Assembly: GCA_044226545.1 (NCBI GenBank)
Contig: JBGAGW010000010.1
Location: 73,706 to 137,705 of the forward strand
Length of the DNA stretch: 64,000 nucleotides
Reading direction: 5' to 3'
Origin: Limisphaerales bacterium
GTDB taxonomy: Bacteria > Verrucomicrobiota > Verrucomicrobiia > Limisphaerales > SXQI01
The notes beneath the pieces are model-generated. The model was not told the DNA's origin. It worked only from the letters and a program-made list of their open reading frames with translations, and did not search any database. Positions within the stretch are counted from its first letter, which is position 1, and each line of letters starts with the position of its first letter. Shown piece by piece: positions 58,514-64,000 of the stretch. Position numbers and translations under genes: made by a program.

Positions 58514-59848
58514 ATGTTCGTTTCATTTCTGCGCCCCATCGCCCTCCTTCCTGTTCTTGCGCTAACTGTTCAGGGAGCGGAAGTGGCCTTCACACGCGAC
58601 ATCGCGCCGATCCTGGAAGCGAAATGCGCTTCGTGTCATAGCGCAGAAAAGGCCAAAGGCGGATATCGAGTCCATACCTTTGAAGCGCTTATGCAGCCGG
58701 GGAAGAGCAAGAAGCAGACGGTGGTCGCGGGTAAACCAGAAAAGAGTGAACTGTTCCGGCGCATCACGACCGCGGATGAAGATGATCGGATGCCACAGAA
58801 GGACGAGGCGCTGCCATCGGCGCAGATCGAGTTGTTTCGATCGTGGATTGCAGATGGTGCGAAGCTGGACCGCGGCGAGCCAGGTGCGTTGATCGCCTCG
58901 TTGATCCCGGCTCGCCCGCATGAAGCGCCTCCGACGAAGTACCGTCGGCCATTGCCGATTCTGGCGGTCGCATTTACGCCGGATGGAAATGTAGCAGCGA
59001 GTGGCTACCATGAAGTGACCATTTGGAATTCCAACGGCGAACTACAGCGGCGAATCACAAATGTGACGCAACGCGTTCGGGCGATGGCGTTCGATTCCAG
59101 TGGGAAAATCCTGGCGATTGCGGGAGGTCAACCGGGACGTAGTGGAGAGTTAAGTTTGTACGATTACGAATCGGGCGTCTTGAAAACGAACCTGTTGCGG
59201 ACCAGCGATGAAATCATTTCGCTGGCCTTCAGCCTGGACGGCAAACTTTTGACGTGCGCGGGAACGGATAATGCGATTCATGTCTTTAACGCGGAGACCT
59301 TCGCGCCGACCATTACGATTCAGCAGCACGCGGACTGGGTGACGGCGATCGCTTTCAATACGAATGGAACGCAAATTGCGTCGGCGAGTCGGGATCGGAC
59401 GGCACGCGTCTACGACGCAACGTCTGGAAATTTGGAGGCGACCTACGTGGGACAGAATTCGCCATTGTACGCCGTGGCGTTTTTGTCAGATGGATTGGTC
59501 GCAAGTGGCGGACGGGATCGAACGTTGCACGTTTGGGACAGCAAGGAAGGGAAGAAGAAGTCTGACATCTCTGGGTTTGGCGGCGAGATCAACGCGCTTT
59601 TGGCGACGAGCGAATTTCTTTTTAGTGCGTCGGCGGATGGAGTGGTAAAGCAACACACTATTTCGGATCGAAAACTCATGCACACGTTGACCGGACATGG
59701 AGATGCGGTGTTCTCGCTCGCTTACAACACACTGTCGAAGAAGTTGGTGAGCGGGAGCTATGATGGAGTGGTGAATATTTGGAACGCAGAGTCGGGAACG
59801 CTGGAAAAGACGTTCGTGGCGGCACCGGGATGGAGTTCGGAAAGGTAA
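58514..59848 (+). CDS. Planctomycete-type cytochrome c domain plus WD40 repeats
   Basis: FTRDIAPILEAKCASCH, SELFRRI, RMPQ, WIADGA; repeated GH...AFS...ASxDxT WD40 units. Confidence 0.9.
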   Translation: MFVSFLRPIALLPVLALTVQGAEVAFTRDIAPILEAKCASCHSAEKAKGGYRVHTFEALMQPGKSKKQTVVAGKPEKSELFRRITTADEDDRMPQKDEALPSAQIELFRSWIADGAKLDRGEPGALIASLIPARPHEAPPTKYRRPLPILAVAFTPDGNVAASGYHEVTIWNSNGELQRRITNVTQRVRAMAFDSSGKILAIAGGQPGRSGELSLYDYESGVLKTNLLRTSDEIISLAFSLDGKLLTCAGTDNAIHVFNAETFAPTITIQQHADWVTAIAFNTNGTQIASASRDRTARVYDATSGNLEATYVGQNSPLYAVAFLSDGLVASGGRDRTLHVWDSKEGKKKSDISGFGGEINALLATSEFLFSASADGVVKQHTISDRKLMHTLTGHGDAVFSLAYNTLSKKLVSGSYDGVVNIWNAESGTLEKTFVAAPGWSSER

Positions 59849-59895
59849 GATTGGCAACTCGACAAAGTTTCCGACAAAGACGGCCGGAAAAGGCA

Positions 59896-60975
59896 ATGAT
59901 ACCAAAAACAATGCGGGCGGCGGTTTATCGCGGGGTGGATGATGTGAGGTTCGAGGATGTGCCGGTGCCGGAGATCGGCGCGCGGGAATTGCTCGTGAAG
60001 GTGGCGGCGTGCGGGGTTTGTCCGACCGACATCAAGAAGATTCATTATGGGCTCGTTCCCCCACCCCGGATTTTCGGTCATGAGACGGCTGGAACCGTGG
60101 TGAAAGTGGGTGCGCGAGTGCGCGGAATCAAAGTCGGAGATCGCGTCGCATTGCATCATCATGTGCCCTGCATGAAATGCCATGCGTGCCGGCATCGTGC
60201 CTTTGCCCAGTGCGCGGGCTACAAACGAACAGGCATTACCGCTGGTTTTGAACCGGCCGGTGGTGGTTACGCGGAATATGTGCGCGTGATGGATTTTGTT
60301 CTTCCCGGCGTAGTGAAAATTCCACCGAAGAACACATTGCTGGAGGGGGCGATGCTCGAACCGGTGAATACCGTTCTCAAGGCGGTAAAGATGCTCTCGA
60401 TTCTGCGCGGAGATTGGGTACTGGTCGCGGGCCAGGGACCGATCGGACTGATGTTTACGAAGCTGTTGCAGTTGCATGGTGCACGAGTAATCGCCACCGA
60501 CTTAATTCCCGCGCGATTGAAATTGGCCAGGGAGTTTGGGGCGAGCGGAGCACTGAATCCCAGCGCGAAGGATTTTGAGAGCAACGTAATCAAACTGACG
60601 GAAGACCGCGGTTTAGACGCAGCGGTGATCGCGGTTCCTTCGAACGATGTGGTGCGGCAATGCCAGAAGTTGCTGCGCGGCGGCGGACAGCTTTTGCTCT
60701 TTGCGCACACGAAGCGCGGAGATGAGACACCCATCGATCTTTCAGCCATTTGCGTGGATGAAAAGCAGATGCTTGGAAGTTACTCAGCCGATTTTCTGCT
60801 GCAGAATGAGGTTGCCGATCTGGTCTTCAGCCGCAAAGTGGACGTGCGAAAGTTGATCACGCATACATTTCCGCTCGAACGAACCGCGGAAGCGATTGCG
60901 CTGGCGGCAAAACCCAGTCCGAGCGCGTTGAAGATCGTGATCACTCCTGAAGAAGCAAAGCATGGACGCGTATAA
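59896..60975 (+). CDS. Zinc-binding dehydrogenase (L-iditol/sorbitol dehydrogenase-like)
   Basis: CGVCPTD, GHETAG, CMKCHACRHRAFAQC, GQGPIG. Confidence 0.92.
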   Translation: MIPKTMRAAVYRGVDDVRFEDVPVPEIGARELLVKVAACGVCPTDIKKIHYGLVPPPRIFGHETAGTVVKVGARVRGIKVGDRVALHHHVPCMKCHACRHRAFAQCAGYKRTGITAGFEPAGGGYAEYVRVMDFVLPGVVKIPPKNTLLEGAMLEPVNTVLKAVKMLSILRGDWVLVAGQGPIGLMFTKLLQLHGARVIATDLIPARLKLAREFGASGALNPSAKDFESNVIKLTEDRGLDAAVIAVPSNDVVRQCQKLLRGGGQLLLFAHTKRGDETPIDLSAICVDEKQMLGSYSADFLLQNEVADLVFSRKVDVRKLITHTFPLERTAEAIALAAKPSPSALKIVITPEEAKHGRV

Positions 60976-61858
60976 CGAATTGTTGGAGGCGACGATTGGT
61001 CATCTCGAGGCGCTCAAGCGGTCGGGAGCGAAGTATGTGGCGGTGTCGGCGGAGACGTTGAAGGGGCTTGGGGAGGGTGGACGCGCTACGGATCGTCTGG
61101 CGGGGCGCCAGTCGGGACAGGCGGGGCGCCTGTCCTACCCAACACCAGCCGCTGACGCGGCGAAGGCGAAGCCAACAGCTCCCAAGGCGCCCGAACCGAC
61201 GCCAATCATCCTTTCGAACAATCAAGACAAAGCAGCGGCCATGGCAGATTTGCGCCAGCGAGCGCTGGTTTGTCAGAAATGTCCTTCGCTGGTCAGTTCA
61301 CGGAAGAATGTGGTGTTCGGAGTCGGAACGAATGACGCGCAGTTGATGTTCGTCGGAGAAGCGCCGGGCGCAGATGAAGACGTTCAAGGAGAGCCGTTCG
61401 TCGGGCGCGCCGGGCAATTGCTCACGAAAATTATTCAGACGATGGGGCTACAGCGCGAGGGTGTTTATATCGCGAACATTCTGAAGTGCCGCCCCGATAC
61501 GCCGGGACAATCATATGGGAATCGTCCCCCGACGCCGGAAGAGATGGAACGGTGTCTGCCGTATCTGCATGCGCAAATTGACTTGATTAAACCAAAGGCG
61601 ATTGTCGCGCTCGGAGCCACCGCAGTGGATGGACTATTTGGAAAAGTTCCGGGGATTGGGATTACAAAGTTACGCGGAAAATGGCGAGAGTATCGCGGCA
61701 TTCCGGTGATGCCGACATATCATCCATCGTATCTGCTGCGCCCGAATCCGCAAAATGTGAAGCGCGAATGCTGGGAAGATATGCTGCAGGTCATGGAGCG
61801 ATTGGGGATGGCGATCAGCGAAAAGCAACGCGGCTACTTTTTGGCCAAGGCGGGGTAA
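60962..61858 (+). CDS. udg: Uracil-DNA glycosylase family 4 with N-terminal extension
   Basis: CQKCPSL, GEAPGADED, FVGRAGQLL, KCRP, TYHPSYLLR. Confidence 0.95.
   Translation: MDAYNELLEATIGHLEALKRSGAKYVAVSAETLKGLGEGGRATDRLAGRQSGQAGRLSYPTPAADAAKAKPTAPKAPEPTPIILSNNQDKAAAMADLRQRALVCQKCPSLVSSRKNVVFGVGTNDAQLMFVGEAPGADEDVQGEPFVGRAGQLLTKIIQTMGLQREGVYIANILKCRPDTPGQSYGNRPPTPEEMERCLPYLHAQIDLIKPKAIVALGATAVDGLFGKVPGIGITKLRGKWREYRGIPVMPTYHPSYLLRPNPQNVKRECWEDMLQVMERLGMAISEKQRGYFLAKAG
61097..61141. repeat. REP doublet located in-frame inside the UDG coding sequence
   Basis: Two hairpins ctggcg-ggg-cgccag and ggacaggcg-ggg-cgcctgtcc; encodes LAGRQSGQAGRLSYP. Confidence 0.85.
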
Positions 61859-61997
61859 GGGCTCACTGAGAGGCGGAGAAAGGTGCGTGTAAACGTCTCC
61901 TGATCTTGTGCGACGGGTTCACACCCGTCGCTACGAAATTAGACGAGTCGGCTCCGGCAAGGTGCGGCACTCCCGAACAGCGCTTTATGTCCACACA

Positions 61998-64000
61998 CTA
62001 CGCCGGAGCCGGCAAAGCATCAGGCACGCTCGGTTCCTCGGAACGTTCGGCGATAAAAAGATAGATCACCGGCAGAACGTAAAGAGTCAGAAGCGTTGCG
62101 GAGACGAGCCCGCCGATAATGACGATGGCAAGAGGCTTTTGCGTTTCGGAACCGATGCCGTGAGATAGCGCCATCGGCAACAAACCCAGCATCGCCAGGA
62201 GTGCGGTCATGAGCACCGTGCGGAGACGGAGCGTCGCGCCGCGGATGACCGCATCGACGGGACTTGCGCCTTCCTCGCGCAGTTGATTGAAGCAACTGAC
62301 CATGACCACCCCGTTGAGAACCGCCTGACCGAATAGTGCGATGAAACCGATCGCGGCGGAGACGCTCAAGGGAATGCCGGTGACCAACAGTGCGAGAATT
62401 CCCCCGATCAGTGCGAAAGGAACGTTAATAAGGATCAACAACGCACTGCGGACCGACTTGAAGGCGTCGAAAAGCAAGACGAAGATCAGCAGGACGCTCA
62501 CCGGCACAACAAGCGAAAGGCGTTTCATGGCCCGTTCCTGATTCTCGAATTCACCGCTCCAGGTCACGACATAGCCGGGCGGCATCTGGATTTTCGAGAC
62601 GCGCGATTGCATGTCTTTCACCACACTGCCCATATCGCGACCCTTAATGAAGACGCCGATGGCCACAACGCGCGTGCCGTTCTCGCGACTGATGTTCATC
62701 GCACCGCTCGTGAGTTGGAAATCAGCCACTTCACCCAGCGGGATATGCATGCCTTCTGGGGTATCCACGAGAATGTTCTTGAGATGGCCAAGCGCACGCT
62801 CGGGTTGTTTGAGGCGCACCACGACACTGAAGTGCTTTTCGCCTTCCCAAAGTTCTGTCGCTTCCTTTCCCGCCAGGCCGGTTTCGATCATATCCTGAAT
62901 GTCCGAAACGTTGAGGCCGTAGCGAGCGGCGCGCTGACGATCAATATTGATGAGGGATTGGGGGACTTCGCCCGCACGATCAATAAACGCGCGCGAAACG
63001 CCTGGAACATCAGCGATCGAGTGAAGGACCGCCTCAACATTTGTCCGCAGCACGCCGGCATCTTCGCCAAACACCTTGATCACAACCTGGCCGTCAATCT
63101 GCGAGATGCTTTCGAGAACGTTATCGCGGATCGGCTGCGAAAACGTGGTTTCGACACCGGGAATTGCGTCGAGCGCCTTGTCCATTTCATTGAGCAGATC
63201 CTCCTTGGTCTTGCCAGGACGCCATTGTTTGTTCGGCTTAAAACCAACGAAGCATTCGACCATGTTCACCGGTTTCGGGTCAGTCCCATCTTCGGGACGA
63301 CCTGCTTTGGAGATCACAGTCTCGACTTCGGGAACAGTATGAAGGGCATTGCGAATCGCAGCACATTGAACGGCCGCCTCGGAAACCGAAATGCCGGGCG
63401 GCAGATTGGCGTTTACCCAAACGGTTCCTTCGTTCAATTCAGGGAGAAACTCAGCGCCGAGACGCGTCGCGCCAACGAGGCTGAGCGCGAGCGAGACAAC
63501 AGCCATAACGACGACCAAGGCTCGATGGCGGAGCACCCAGGCGAAGCTCGGTTCGTAGGCGCGCCGGCACGCAGCGGCGAGGAAATTCTCTTTGTGCGGG
63601 AGATTTTTGCGCAGCAGGAAATAGCAGAGCAGCGGCACGACTGAGAGGGAGAAAAGGAGCGAACCAATCAGCGCGGACGTAACGGTCCATGCCATGGGAG
63701 AGAAGATACGCCCTTCATGTCGTTGCAGCGTGAAGATCGGGATGTGCGCGGCAATGATGATCAACATGGAAAAGAACGTGGGCCGCCCCACCTCGGACGT
63801 GGCGGAAATAATCAGATCGCGGATTGCACTGCGGTCAGCGGAATGCTCGCGCTCGCTGAGCTTGCGAAAGATATTTTCGACGACGATGACCGCACCATCG
63901 ACAATAATTCCAAAATCCATTGCGCCGAGGGAAAGCAGATTCGCCGGAATTCCGCGCCAGGTGAGACCCAGAAATGTAGCCAGAAGAGAAAGAGGGATCA
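61998..64000 (-). CDS. cusA: CusA/CzcA family RND efflux permease, 3' part, start lies beyond the window
   Basis: GAMDFGIIVDGAVIVVENI, PELNEG, GRPEDGTD, RLRTVLMTAL, GSETQKPLA. Confidence 0.95.
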   Translation of the reverse strand, partial: IPLSLLATFLGLTWRGIPANLLSLGAMDFGIIVDGAVIVVENIFRKLSEREHSADRSAIRDLIISATSEVGRPTFFSMLIIIAAHIPIFTLQRHEGRIFSPMAWTVTSALIGSLLFSLSVVPLLCYFLLRKNLPHKENFLAAACRRAYEPSFAWVLRHRALVVVMAVVSLALSLVGATRLGAEFLPELNEGTVWVNANLPPGISVSEAAVQCAAIRNALHTVPEVETVISKAGRPEDGTDPKPVNMVECFVGFKPNKQWRPGKTKEDLLNEMDKALDAIPGVETTFSQPIRDNVLESISQIDGQVVIKVFGEDAGVLRTNVEAVLHSIADVPGVSRAFIDRAGEVPQSLINIDRQRAARYGLNVSDIQDMIETGLAGKEATELWEGEKHFSVVVRLKQPERALGHLKNILVDTPEGMHIPLGEVADFQLTSGAMNISRENGTRVVAIGVFIKGRDMGSVVKDMQSRVSKIQMPPGYVVTWSGEFENQERAMKRLSLVVPVSVLLIFVLLFDAFKSVRSALLILINVPFALIGGILALLVTGIPLSVSAAIGFIALFGQAVLNGVVMVSCFNQLREEGASPVDAVIRGATLRLRTVLMTALLAMLGLLPMALSHGIGSETQKPLAIVIIGGLVSATLLTLYVLPVIYLFIAERSEEPSVPDALPAPA

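Overview
About 64 kb of moderately GC-rich bacterial chromosome, gene-dense with about 50 CDS. The gene content (prepilin/H-X9-DG protein, PVC-type cytochrome c proteins, ThuA domains, BlaI-M56 pair, MoxR-DUF58-BatA cluster) points to a Verrucomicrobiota, Pedosphaera-like genome; this is inference, not a database result. From 1 to 48 kb it is mostly housekeeping and PVC-typical accessory genes, punctuated by at least five families of short palindromic REP/MITE elements. From 48.8 to 58.5 kb it is a defence/decay hotspot. An MmeI-like type IIL/IIG restriction-modification gene is frameshifted and has lost its centre. In that place sits a 2.8 kb cassette laid out like the PvuII system: an M.PvuII-like m4C methyltransferase divergent from a C-type HTH controller that overlaps a 493-aa gene. 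That gene is not a PvuII-like endonuclease but a putative PD-(D/E)xK-like domain fused to HEAT repeats, and it is the best candidate here for an undescribed system. Nearby are an orphan KaiB-like gene, a RES-Xre toxin-antitoxin pair, a promoter followed by a switchable multi-hairpin RNA candidate, and a sharp C-rich to G-rich strand-skew flip near 56.2 kb. A 45-bp REP lies in-frame inside the uracil-DNA glycosylase gene. I saw no rRNA, tRNA, CRISPR array, integrase or transposase. All family assignments come from motifs read by eye and remembered homologues; no searches were run.
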